Positions 42,408 to 54,865 of a stretch of DNA of 64,000 nt are shown here, in pieces. Positions within the stretch are counted from its first letter, which is position 1; each line of letters starts with the position of its first letter. The notes below the pieces were generated by a model. It was not told where the DNA came from. It worked only from the letters and a program-made list of their open reading frames with translations, and made no database searches. This stretch comes from Eledone cirrhosa (Eukaryota): assembly GCA_964016885.1 (NCBI GenBank), contig OZ024742.1:270320001-270384000 (forward strand). Reading direction: 5' to 3'. Position numbers and translations under genes: made by a program.

Positions 42408-43035
42408 TCATCCGGCGGCCTCAGCCAATGTCGACTCAACAATTGATCTCCTCGTTGGTATGTCGTTCATTGCCGTTGCCAAATCATGGATTCCAATACC
42501 AGAATCTCTGGAGATGATATCCGGATAGGAGAGCTTGTGCCTTCTGTTATTAGTGACTGCTTGTGATTTCCAAAGCACTAATGGGGATCCATCCACATAG
42601 GTGGCACAATGGTAGTGGCCAGCAAATATTACTCTCTATTTACGTACAACGACAAATATGCGTGGGAGCCAGGCATATCTTTCTTTCAAAGTCAAATGTC
42701 GCCAGGTTATATTCTGAATGCGTCGAAGTAGGCGAGTGTAGGTGCCATCCAAGCGCTTTAGTTGTTTGGATGAAAGCGTCGATGTTTCACTTCCATATTG
42801 AAAGATATGTTGAATTGTTACTTGGAAGAGTCTGATTTTGGTGTCGTTGGAAAGATTTCAGCGCCAAACTCGATCCATCTTGTTGTAAGCTGACCACGCT
42901 TGGGCCTTTCTGGTGGCAAAATCCTGATCAGAGTCAATGATTCAGGACCCAATATACTTGAAATCCTCGACTTGCTGGATATCACTGCCGTTGATCGCTT
43001 TGATGTTGTTGCCTGTACAGTCTGATATGTACTAT
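42408..43035 (-). mobile_element. RTE-clade LINE 3' fragment (second RTE family)
   Basis: VEDFKYIGS..DFATRKAQAWSAYNKMDRVW..YPDIISRDSGI..AMND. Confidence 0.65.
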
Positions 43036-44465
43036 GTGTCCCCATTAGTTCTTTGGAAACTAAAACAGTAACTAATAACAGGGGGCGCAAGAGCTCCTAT
43101 CAACTCACCATATATGCCTGATACTTTCACTATCACCTGATGTTATACAGCAACATCTGAATTATTGACTGAAGAGTTACTGAATGAATACACTGGACTT
43201 GCTACAATTAGCAAACCAATTACCACCAAATTACCATTCATAGTCATAAATACTGCTAGAAGCCAGTTGATTATTGCGCGACTATGTTTACCCGATATTA
43301 CTACTAGGCACAGAGACGTGAAGACGAGGATTCGTTTCAGCGTTTGCTATGCACTTACTCGCCTCGATTTCGAGTTCTACAACTTTGTTCTAGTGATATG
43401 TTCATGTACACACTGGAATTCACTCAGAAATCATATGTTTTATGTATTGATTAGAATAGGACACTTCACCAAGGACACGGGTGTTTTGAATGGTTCTAGG
43501 ACACTATTTTTGAATGGTTCACCCCCAACTATAGACACTTTACGTGGATATGCATATTTTGAAAGAGTGCCTTAGAAATCTTGCGAATTTCAGTAGCCTC
43601 CCATAATATTCTCAATCTTCTAACTCACCTGAAATAAAGAAACCTTACAATATATAATGTATGTTTTGAAATTGCTTCTATGATTTACATACAGCTTGGA
43701 CCAACTAATCTGTTTGGAGGACAACATGTTATATCTAACCTGTGTATATTACCAATGTGCATTACCTGCTATTAGTTATAGACTGTAGTAAAGTGTGTAT
43801 CGTTTTCAGTTATTACTAAATCATATATATACTCTACTACACTAAGTATAGTCCTGCATGGTGGCAGCCAGACCTTTTCAATATTTAAAACGATGAATTT
43901 CAGATCTCAATACTCAAAATATGTTCTAGCAAGGGATATTCATTAAGGTAAAAGCCAGTTTGGGTGAAAATTCCATTTATAATTAAGGTAATGCATTACG
44001 TTTCCTATATAAACAATAATATATAAACAATAATATACCAACATTTATATATAGAATTACAATACGATTACGTTTTCATTGATACACAATATACAGTGTT
44101 TGACCATTTAATCGCTGCTTCAACTACAAATATTAACTAATGAAGTCAGGATTTAAACAGGAATACTTTGTAGAAAATAACATCTTCTCAGACTTATATA
44201 CATGAAATAAAAGGATGCGAAACACGACGTCTACTGACTACTGATATAACAGCTGATTTTGCTGTTGTTATTACATTAGGTGGTATTGTGGCTGCTGCAG
44301 GTCATCTCCAAAAAATGAAAGATAGTTCTATAAAATTAGTGAACATGGAATATCAAATTGCATATATGATTTTATGCAAGAAAACATACGCACATTTAGA
44401 AAAATACGCAAAAACATTCACATACATAAATGTATACATACATACACACACGAGTGCGCACGTGC

Positions 44466-44511
<46 letters not shown>

Positions 44512-44518
<7 letters not shown>

Positions 44519-44695
44519 TTTCTACTTTTGGCACAAGGCCAGAAATTATCCCAGTGCATTACTGGTACTTTATTGTATCGACCCCGTAAAGTATGAAAGG
44601 CAAATTTAACCTCTGCAGGATTTTAACTCAGATCAGAAAGTGGCGTAACTCTGTGCTGCAAAGCCTTTTGTCCGACCCTCTACCGGTAGTGCCAA
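44512..44695 (-). mobile_element. Nin-domain SINE
   Basis: Same consensus as the other copies. Confidence 0.7.
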
Positions 44696-45709
44696 GTTGC
44701 TAAGACAGGGTTACATTTGTATAATTGTGTTATATCATAATATATATTTCAATGACAAAATATTTTGTTTTAGAGAAACTTTCCAGGAATACATGTATGT
44801 GCAAATTAGTCTGCCTCGTTCCGACTGTATATATACATGATGCATGTAGATATGTCATTATTGCATCCTCATATATGTTGCGTGAGTGTACTTAAATCTC
44901 TAACTCAAAACCTAAATTTCAAACTCAACTCAAATGTCCTGATTGCATATTCGTTGTACAAGTAACTAAAACAACGATTAAGTCTTAGCAGTCCTAAATA
45001 TCCCACCAAGAGAGATATCTGTAAAATGATATACTTACCAGTTTGTGAATATTTCACGTATGGAGTAATATTCTTCTCTTTATGTAACAGTGCCTTATGC
45101 ACTTTTTATACGTTCATATAAAATTCAAGTTGTAGGAACATTTTTGTATCTCTCTCTTGCTGCTTATTTAAGTGATAACCCTCACTCTAGCTCTTATTCT
45201 CTCCATCGATATAAATATATATTTACCTCTCTATTAGCATACATATAATTGGATTGACTTGCGGTGATGAGACACCTTCGGAGGTTATAGTGGGTTTCAT
45301 GTAACCAGTAGCACTCATGATTGACCTGGAATATATATGTCTGTGGTTGAGATTGTGATTATGTGTGCATGTATGAGTACATATATAACATTTTTTTTAT
45401 AGGTAATCTGATATGATATTGTAATCATCGCAGAAATCTCCTATGTTCAGAAAAACATGGAACGACAATAAAAAGAAAGCATCAAAGTGTATATTGAATG
45501 CATGAATGACAAAACATCTTTCTGACCTTTGGCAGGAAAGGAAAATATGGATAAATATATAGAAACATGGAATGAACAAGCTCGGGTCACAATTAACCAA
45601 CAGTGCACATATGTATGTTCATTCATACATACATACACACATTCATACATACATACATATATATATATATATACATATATATGTGTATGTGTGTGTGTGT
45701 GTGTGTGTG

Positions 45710-45988
45710 AAGGCGCATGACTTAGTAGTTAGAGCAATAGGCTTGCAATCGAAAGGTTGTGAGTTCTATTCTCGGACCGGGTGATGTGTTGTTTCCTTGA
45801 GCAAGACACTTTATTTCACGTTGCTCCAGTATACTCAGCTGAAAATGAGTATCAGCAATAGCTGGAGGTTTAATCCTGCGATGGACTGGCATCCTGTCCA
45901 GGGGGGAGTCTTGTGCTCTCAGTCGCTTCACGCCATGAAGCAGGGAAAAGCACCGGCCAAATGAGTCTTCTGGCTTAAGACATACTTT
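45710..45988 (+). mobile_element. Near full-length tRNA-derived SINE (second family) with central conserved domain
   Basis: A-box-like TGACTTAGTAG and B-box-like GAGTTCTATTC, then CCTTGAGCAAGACACTT..CTCAGCTGAAAATGAGTA and CCTGCGATGGACTGGCATCCTGTCCAGGGG. Confidence 0.75.
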
Positions 45989-46086
45989 CGACCTACGGCC
46001 TGCCCGCTCAGCCAGTGGGATGGCTTCATCATATGGCTAAAACAGCACATGCTGTGACCAGCGGCGCCGAATGATCAACATGGTAT

Positions 46087-46636
<550 letters not shown>

Positions 46637-46826
46637 TAGGTTTGTTGGTTCACCACTGGATAGAACTGATCATTATGTATGGTCAACCTTGATGTAATAT
46701 TATGGAGAGCACTCAACGTAATACAACTCACCCGTCTTCGTTTGTGTAGTTGGTGGTGCGAATATGGAGTTAATTATTATAAAATAACAGGAGGCTGGAC
46801 TGGTGTAATTCGTTAAAATGTTTATT

Positions 46827-46884
46827 ATACTATGATTATTTCAATGACCGGGTTCAGTATGAATCCGGTAACATCATCAGGTAT
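46827..46884 (-). ncRNA. Type I hammerhead ribozyme, partly decayed
   Basis: Minus strand: ATAC-CTGATGA-tgttACCGG..CCGGTcatt-GAAA-TAATCA-TA-GTAT then AATAAA; mismatches at the stem II base. Confidence 0.65.
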
Positions 46885-46997
46885 TCGAAATATAACAAAG
46901 GAATATAATAGACAAAATCCATGGGACTGACAATCAGAGACATGGGGGCGACCGGGCATTAAGCAGCCTCTACACCGCGCGGCCGCCGTATATGAAT

Positions 46998-47056
<59 letters not shown>

Positions 47057-47395
47057 TAATATATATGGATAATATATATGTGTATATATATGTGATATAT
47101 ATATACATATACATAATGCATATATATACACACATATATATATATACCAAAAGGGGAACCTCCTCATCAAGTAGCTTTGATGTGGTTGCCGCTAAAGTTG
47201 CCGGTGATGAGACACCTTCGGAGATTATATTGGGTTACATGTTACCAGTAGCACTCATAATTGACCTGGAATATTATATGTGTGTATGAGATTATGAGTA
47301 CGTGTGCATGTCTGAGTAGATATGTAAAGGTGTGCATATATATGTATATATGTATATGAATGCGAACATATATATGTCTGTTCCATATATAAGTA

Positions 47396-47454
<59 letters not shown>

Positions 47455-47710
47455 ATGTATATATATTTGTATGCATATGTATATATGTTATATACATATA
47501 TATATATATTATTATTATGTATACATTTACATATACAGGGTGATTGCTCCCCTTTAGCTGGTTTAGTTTGTCTCCTGTTCAGTGTAGATATATGCCGTAA
47601 CGTAGTAGTCCGACTAAAAGAAAACCTTGCAATAAGTAGCAGGTTAAAAAAAATTATCTGCGCCATTTCAAACACACGCACGCACACACACAAACACACA
47701 CACACACACA

Positions 47711-47767
<57 letters not shown>

Positions 47768-47833
47768 GCGCGCACCCCCCCCCACACAAAAAACACACAT
47801 ACACAAGCACACAACACACATATCTATCTATTA

Positions 47834-47883
<50 letters not shown>

Positions 47884-48338
47884 GTAATAATATAAATTGT
47901 GAAGACTAAAATCCGAAGAAGGCTAGATAAGGATAATATATATATACAAATATATAAACCATAGAGCAAATATTTATTAAAATAACAGATTAAAGTGTTA
48001 TATATATATATATACACACATACATATATATATATATAGAGAGAGAGATAGTGAGAGATAGTGAGAGATAGTGAGAGAGAGAGAGAGAGAAAGAGAGTAA
48101 GATAGAGAGAGTGAGAGAGAGATTCATCTCCTCATGCATTCAGTACTCCCCTGTATATATGTGTGCGTGTGTGTACATGTGTGGAAATATATGAATAAAT
48201 AATTGGTTGTTTGTATACTAAATATTACCTATTAGTTCTGAAAGTCTATTAATATCTGAAAATTATTTCATACTTTTAATGCAACAATTACAAACATATT
48301 CATTGTGTCGGTTTAAAGAAAATATATATATATATATA

Positions 48339-48466
48339 ACGAAGGATATGAGGTAAGGAACCAAGTGGACCAAAGCGCACCAAAGTACTCAATACTTAGG
48401 GTAGTAGAGTGTGTAATAGGAACGAGTAGGACCCCGACGGCTGAGCTCAAGCCGTTTCGACGGCTA
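48339..48466 (-). mobile_element. pLTR tail starting inside a hammerhead (3' half with full stem III)
   Basis: Minus strand GAAA-CGGC-ttgagctca-GCCG-TC-GGGGTCC; the 3' end abuts (TA)n. Confidence 0.6.
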
Positions 48467-48496
48467 ATTATTATTTTTTTTTTTTAGTCCAGAATT

Positions 48497-48561
<65 letters not shown>

Positions 48562-49011
48562 TCTGCTTTACTATTTCCCTATGTATAGTTATATGTCTGA
48601 GGGTGTGTAAATTTCCGCGTATATACATGTTCTTCCATATGTATACGTTTATAAGTTCACATGTGAGGATGTTTATATGTTTATATATATATATATATAA
48701 GTTTATATGTATATATATATATATACACATGTTTATGGGTGAGTGTGTGCGCGCTTGTGTGTCTGTGTCTGTGTTATTTAAACGTCAATTAGTGTCTAAT
48801 AAACATCTCAATGCACCTGTACGTTCTCCTACTAACGTGTCACGAAATGATTTAACTTGAACCCTAAAATGAATGTTGAAACGCAGCACCGCAATTCGGA
48901 ATTCAGCCCTTCTTCAAGCAACATGGCCTCCATCAAATCATCAAATTCTTGGTGAAACGCTAGTGAATGTGCAGCCAAATCGTTGACGCTCTGGAGAAAG
49001 TGTGTGGGGAC

Positions 49012-49157
49012 AATTGTACTAGTCTCACTTATACATACTTCTCCCTACTATAGTTTCATTCACGGATTCTACCAATATTGGCTATTCCAATAGTTTGGTT
49101 ATTCCGTGAATGAAACCATAGTAGGGAGAAGTATGTATAAGTGAGACTAGTATAATT
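49012..49157. mobile_element. MITE-like near-perfect palindrome (~55-bp arms), with related fragments at ~49215-49255 and ~49605-49690
   Basis: ACTAGTCTCACTTATACATACTTCTCCCTACTATAGTTTCATTCACGGA pairs with TCCGTGAATGAAACCATAGTAGGGAGAAGTATGTATAAGTGAGACTAGT (one mismatch). Confidence 0.75.
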
Positions 49158-49719
49158 TTAACTATCTGGCTTATACTCCCATGAATAGATATTTTTTCCC
49201 CTTAAATCTAATATCCAAATTATTGGAATAGCCAATTTTGGTAGAATCCGTGAATTATTCAAAAACTAAGGGGTTAAATTGATAATACAATTACACATAC
49301 CTTTCCGTTGTCGAGGATGCATGGTGTCAAAAAACAGGTTGTATTGTTGATCTATTAAATGATCAAATATCACTTAATATATTAGGATTAGGCGACATGT
49401 TATAATGAAGCTAGAAATAGCAGCCAAATAAACCGTTTGAAACAACTAGACAAATTAAATAAAAGGTTAAGACTTAAACATATCAATGAATGGATAAAAT
49501 ATATAGATAAGATATTACTCACAGAAGCAATATTACATAGTACATTTAAGTAAAAAAAAATCTGTTTATGGGACTATACGTCGGACAGACAAAATGAAGT
49601 TGGCCTCACTTAAATATACTTCTCCCTACAATGGTTTCATACACGGAAGAAACAAATTATTGGAAAAACCAATATAGGAAGCATCCATGAATTCATCAGA
49701 TGTGTTATTTTTCAAAACC

Positions 49720-50165
49720 TAATATATTTTAGTGCCAAACGTTACTTATGGTCATGATGGTCACGAATCTTGGGTAATGAACGAAAGAATAGGATTGCGA
49801 TTACAAATAGCCGAAATGGAATTACTCTGAAGTGTCTTTGGAATAGCGCTACTGGATAAGTGGCGTAGCTCGGAGATCAGAGAGTCGCTCCAGTTAGAGC
49901 CGCTACTTTTCCGAATTCAGAGATGTCAGCTCCGATACTATGGGAATGTGATTAGAATGTCTTAGGATAGAATCTCTGAACAGATTTTATGGGCAAAACC
50001 AACTGGCAAGAGATCCAGATGGAGACCCCGACTAAGATGGTTGAATTACATCCATGAGCTTGGGTATTCACGATTGGGGATCCAGCCGGATCAGTTGGAG
50101 ACGGTTGCTTCTGACAGGACGTGCTGGAAGGGGTGTTTGATTACTCTGCCCTCATGACCCTTTCA
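49720..50165 (+). mobile_element. RTE (Expander-like) 3' fragment
   Basis: GHESWVMNERIGLRLQIAEMELL..EIRESLQLEPLL..PTGKRSRWRPRLRW; homologous to 6895-7540. Confidence 0.75.
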
Positions 50166-50949
50166 AGCACGAACACCTACTATATATATATATATATACT
50201 GTGCCTATAGATATGCATCCATATCAGCATGCATACAAATATATAGAGTGTTATGCATTACGACCTACTCTCGGGTCCCAAATAAGCGCATGACAAATCG
50301 GTAATTTTTTATGTTGACTCCGTTGATTTAAAAAAAAACCCAGAATTACTCGTTTAATTGACATATTCAGAACCAATCCCACCCTAATTATTTTATAACA
50401 TACGGAATTTCTAATGTACTGTGTTTGTCATGTATAATGTTTTTTTTTTAATATATAAAAGAAATTAATTGTCGAATACTAACATATAAACTAAAATTTC
50501 GCCTACAGATGCATAAGAAAATGTTGATAAGCGTGGGTGGAGGTATGTAAGGGTACTGGTAGAAACATCTGAAGAATAGTAAGTGGAGGTTGATTTATGT
50601 TGTCTTAATCACGAAAAAGACCTTGGTTCTAAGTTTGAACCTGGCTCCCTCTGTAAATCTCCCTCTTTCTCTCTCCCTCTCTCCCTTCATCTTTATTCTT
50701 GACAAATTAACACAAAAACAAAAACAAGAACAAAAAAATAAACGGCGATGTACTTATATCACTGCTGCAATACCACACTTACACTTATATGAATGTATGC
50801 ACACACATACGAAATTATATATTTATATGTATAATCTTTTAACAACAATGCGTATATATTTGATATATGCTTGTACATTCCTTGTTTATCTTACCAAATA
50901 GGTTAATAGTATTTACACACACGCATATACGCTAACAAATATCAACATT

Positions 50950-51372
50950 TACTCTTGAGTCTCGAATAATCGACACCGACCCTCCTCGATTATTACTTTT
51001 TCAGATTTTTCCACAACCCGCGTGCTCATTCCATCCCGCTCTGATTCCACTACTATTAAATTTTGCTAATCTATCTCCGACGAAATATTATTTTAATTGG
51101 TTGCATACCTACGACTTCTTTAGACGTTAAATAGACAAAAAATGGACATGACAAAAAACCTACATTACTAAAAACCTCATACGTTATAAAATAAATATAA
51201 CCCGCCGGGGTCTCAATGTGTAAATTAACTAATTTTGGTTTTCAAAAAAAATCATCGGAGGCAGGAAAAATTAGCCACCCCCTCCCACGCCACACGCTTA
51301 TTCCTACTCCCTCGCTTATTCCAACTCCCCCACTTATATCAACACACGTACTATTTGGGAATCGAGAGAGTA
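50950..51372. mobile_element. Possible MITE with degenerate TACTCT.. termini
   Basis: TACTCTTGAGTCTCGAATAA at the left end and TATTTGGGAATCGAGAGAGTA at the right; internal GCTTATTCC short repeats. Confidence 0.4.
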
Positions 51373-53739
51373 TACGCACATGTTCAAGCATATATGCATA
51401 CAATCGCTCTCTCTCCACATACTTAAATGCAAGCGTGCTTGTTTTCTCATATCCGCATCCGATATATAATATCTGATAGGAAAAGTAAACATCTTACGGC
51501 GATTAAATAGTTTTAGCACTGGAGTTGATATAACCAACATCCGCAATGTTTCCGACGTACTAGAAAATCTAGCCAAGCCTTCCTCATATCACACCGTAAC
51601 AAGCTACATCCAGGAAAGAGGAGCTTGGATAAACCAAAGATAAAGAAATCACCTTACATTAATATATTTTATGAATTTTTGCTTAATTATTGTATATATC
51701 TCACTCACACACTAATTGACGTCTTTACTTTACAAACACACTTATAGACTATCGTGCAAAATACATACACAACATTATATACATACAGTAATATATATAT
51801 ATAGGTGTATATCGGCATATATTAGGTTGCGTGTGCTTACATTTGCATGTAATGATTTAAATGAATTTGTTGTGGGTTGTGAGAGATTTGCGTGGGCTTC
51901 TATTACCATCACTTTAGTCGCGAGGATATTTCAAACAGAAAAGATTATAAAATTAACATCTTCGTGGTTGAATAACTTATAGGTTGTTATATGAAAATTA
52001 TTATACACACATACATATATATATAAAGACATACAAAAAAACAGCCCTTTTATACATTATAAGAAAAAATCGGCAATAATTTAAGGTTGTTGATGATAGC
52101 AACTCTACTCACATGAGTGACGGGGTCACATACACATTATTAACAACAATAATCATATAACTAGTTACAAACACTACAACGCCCACTCGCACACCTACAT
52201 ATATAGACACCCACGAACACCTATACTATACACAGACACCTGCACCAAGCCATTCATAAGATCACAGCATATAGTTTCTGCCACCACCACCACCAGCATC
52301 CTTATACAATAACAACAACAGAAAAAGCAACTCATCACCATACGATGTTTTGATAGGAATAGTACTCACATCTCACGGCAGCAGACATGGTAACTGATTC
52401 GTCCGCTGTTTCTTCAGTTTCTTCATTCACTTTAACCTATCATCAATCTGTACAGCTATCGATCTACAGATTCAACAGTTTACTCCAATAAATCTAACAA
52501 ACCATACTATTCTTACATCATTTAACCGAATCGTCCTACTTCTTTTGTCCTACATTCATATTGTGTTAATGTTGATATTATTGTTTTAGAATATATATAT
52601 ATACATATGAACACACAAACACGTACACACGTACACGCACACAGAGGTATATATGTGTATATAAGTACAGCGAGAATGAGATAGAAATACAGAAATATAT
52701 AATATATAGAGCGTTATATGAATCTGTGGGTGTGCTTGTGTCCGTGTGTATGTGACGTGCAATATAAGTAGACTTTGTTTTTCTCTTTGTTGTCTAGCTA
52801 GCTAGTCAGGTATTGTATTTCTTTGTTTACATTCCTACAAACACATGTATACACACATATATATGCACGTATATACATACATGCATACATACATACATAC
52901 ATACATACACACATACATACATACTTTCATACATACATACACACATTACCCTGTTTATGCATGAGTGTGTCGATTATGGATCACGTCGATTTACGAACGT
53001 ATCCCTCCTCATGACATTAGCTCCGTTGAGGGTTTTATCTTTCTCTTGTTCATGATTGTCGTTGCATTTTTTCTGCTTTTGTGTGGGGCGGGGAATCAGG
53101 TTGCATCTCTGTGAAAATATATTTCTATTGCAATGACACTGTTGTTAAATGCCCCTAAATCGGGAAAAAGCTGTAGGCCAAAAGTCATATCTAGTCAACC
53201 GAAGCTGATATGGAGCTAAATAACGGAAGAACAACATCTCTAGCAACACTAGCAAGTATATCAACATCTATAACAACAAAAGCAACATCAGTAACAATGA
53301 CAATTCCATAGTTCTCGTGGAATGCGTTTTGCGTCAGTAACGTGATATTGAATAAGACACGTCTTATACTGTATAGACGTCTCAAATTTTATAAACATTG
53401 TAACAGCGTTTTTATCCTGGTCGTTTAATAATTCTCACATCACCTTTGATTTCATCTTTTAAATATCATTAATATATTCCGAGAAAAAATGTTATATGAA
53501 ATCCTTTCTTTTTTACATGCTCTATTTTCTTGTTTGGTATTCATTTTTTGTATGTCAACAACACCTCTGTAGATTCGATATTTGATTCTCTATTTGCCTA
53601 TGCTTATTGTGTAATATATGTACGATGAGCCAGCATCTATGTGTTCACATGTTTTGCAAACTGATGCGAAATCGTGGGAAATTAGAATATCGTAAATAGA
53701 ATAAACTAAAAAACGAAAGAATATATAAACATATTTCCG

Positions 53740-54865
53740 TCTTCTTCTTCTTGTTCTTCTTTGGAGGGTTGTCGTGGCAGACTCTTCAAACACTTCCTCC
53801 AGCGGGTCCTATCTCAAACAGATTCTGTGAGATCCCCAAGCCTGACCAACCTAGCTCGTGGTTATTATCTAACCCTTTTGCCGGTTGGTTTTGCCCGTAA
53901 AATTTGTCCAATAATTCTATCCTGAGACATCCAAACCACGCGACCATAATTTCGGAATTGTAATCTGTAAATTTATAGAAGTAGCGGCTCTACCAGTAGT
54001 GACTCTCTGATCTCCGAGCTACGCACTTTATCGAGTAACATTACTCCAAAGACACTTCGGAAGAACCTCATGTCGGCCGGTTGTATTTCTGATCTTATTC
54101 TTTTGGGCTTTGCCAAATATTCATGACAATAGTTAAGTGTTGGAACAAAAACAAAATTGAAGTTAGCGAGTTTGGCTTTTACACCTACCTTCCTTCATCT
54201 GATTACTGAAGGCTGAAGATGGCGCATTACTGGATCAGCTTTTGAATTCTTGCACTTAATTCAGCCTCCTGCCTTCCATCACTCGTGAACATCACCCCAA
54301 GGTACTTGAACTTCTGTACATGGATCAGTGGAACTCCATTTACGTGTAGGGTGCATTGTACGTGCTTCCTTGAGAGGACGAGTGTCTTATTTATCGCAGC
54401 ACTGATTTTAATTCGACATATGCAGCATTTGGCATCACACTTATCCAGTGCATGGCGATATCATCATCTGTCGAGCTGAGTAACACCATGTCTGCAAATT
54501 CGAGCCGACTGATTTTAATGCCGCCAGTCATGATACCATTTCTAACACGGCTGCGCATGTCATTCCTGTTCATGTAGATAATTGTTTCTACTTTTGGCAC
54601 ACGACCAGCAATAACCCAGTGTATTACTGGTACTTTATTGTATCGACCCCGTAAGGATGAAAGGCAAAGTTAACCTCGGCGGGATTTGAACTCAGATCGT
54701 AAAGGGACGTAACTACGCTGGAAAGCATGTCTGACCCTCTACCAATACTGCCAAAGGTAAAAGTACGCACCCCTGACAGAGTCCGATTCCCACATTGAAT
54801 GGTTTTGATTTAGCACCATTTATCCGAACACAAATACTTCCTTCACACAAATACATCCACATATT
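53740..54865 (-). mobile_element. RTE (Expander-like) LINE fragment including RT motifs, interrupted by a SINE at 54578-54754
   Basis: VRINGAKSKPFNVGIGLCQGCVL | SINE | IYMNR..LEFADMVLLSS..QKFKYLGVMFTSDGRQEAEL; (GAA)n tail at ~53740. Confidence 0.8.
54578..54754 (-). mobile_element. Nin-domain SINE, well preserved, nested in the RTE
   Basis: Closest to the shared consensus among the copies in this window. Confidence 0.8.

Noticed and set aside
43165-43575. 136-aa plus-strand ORF
   Set aside because: Non-ATG start, no recognisable domain; splice-like signals point to the opposite strand.
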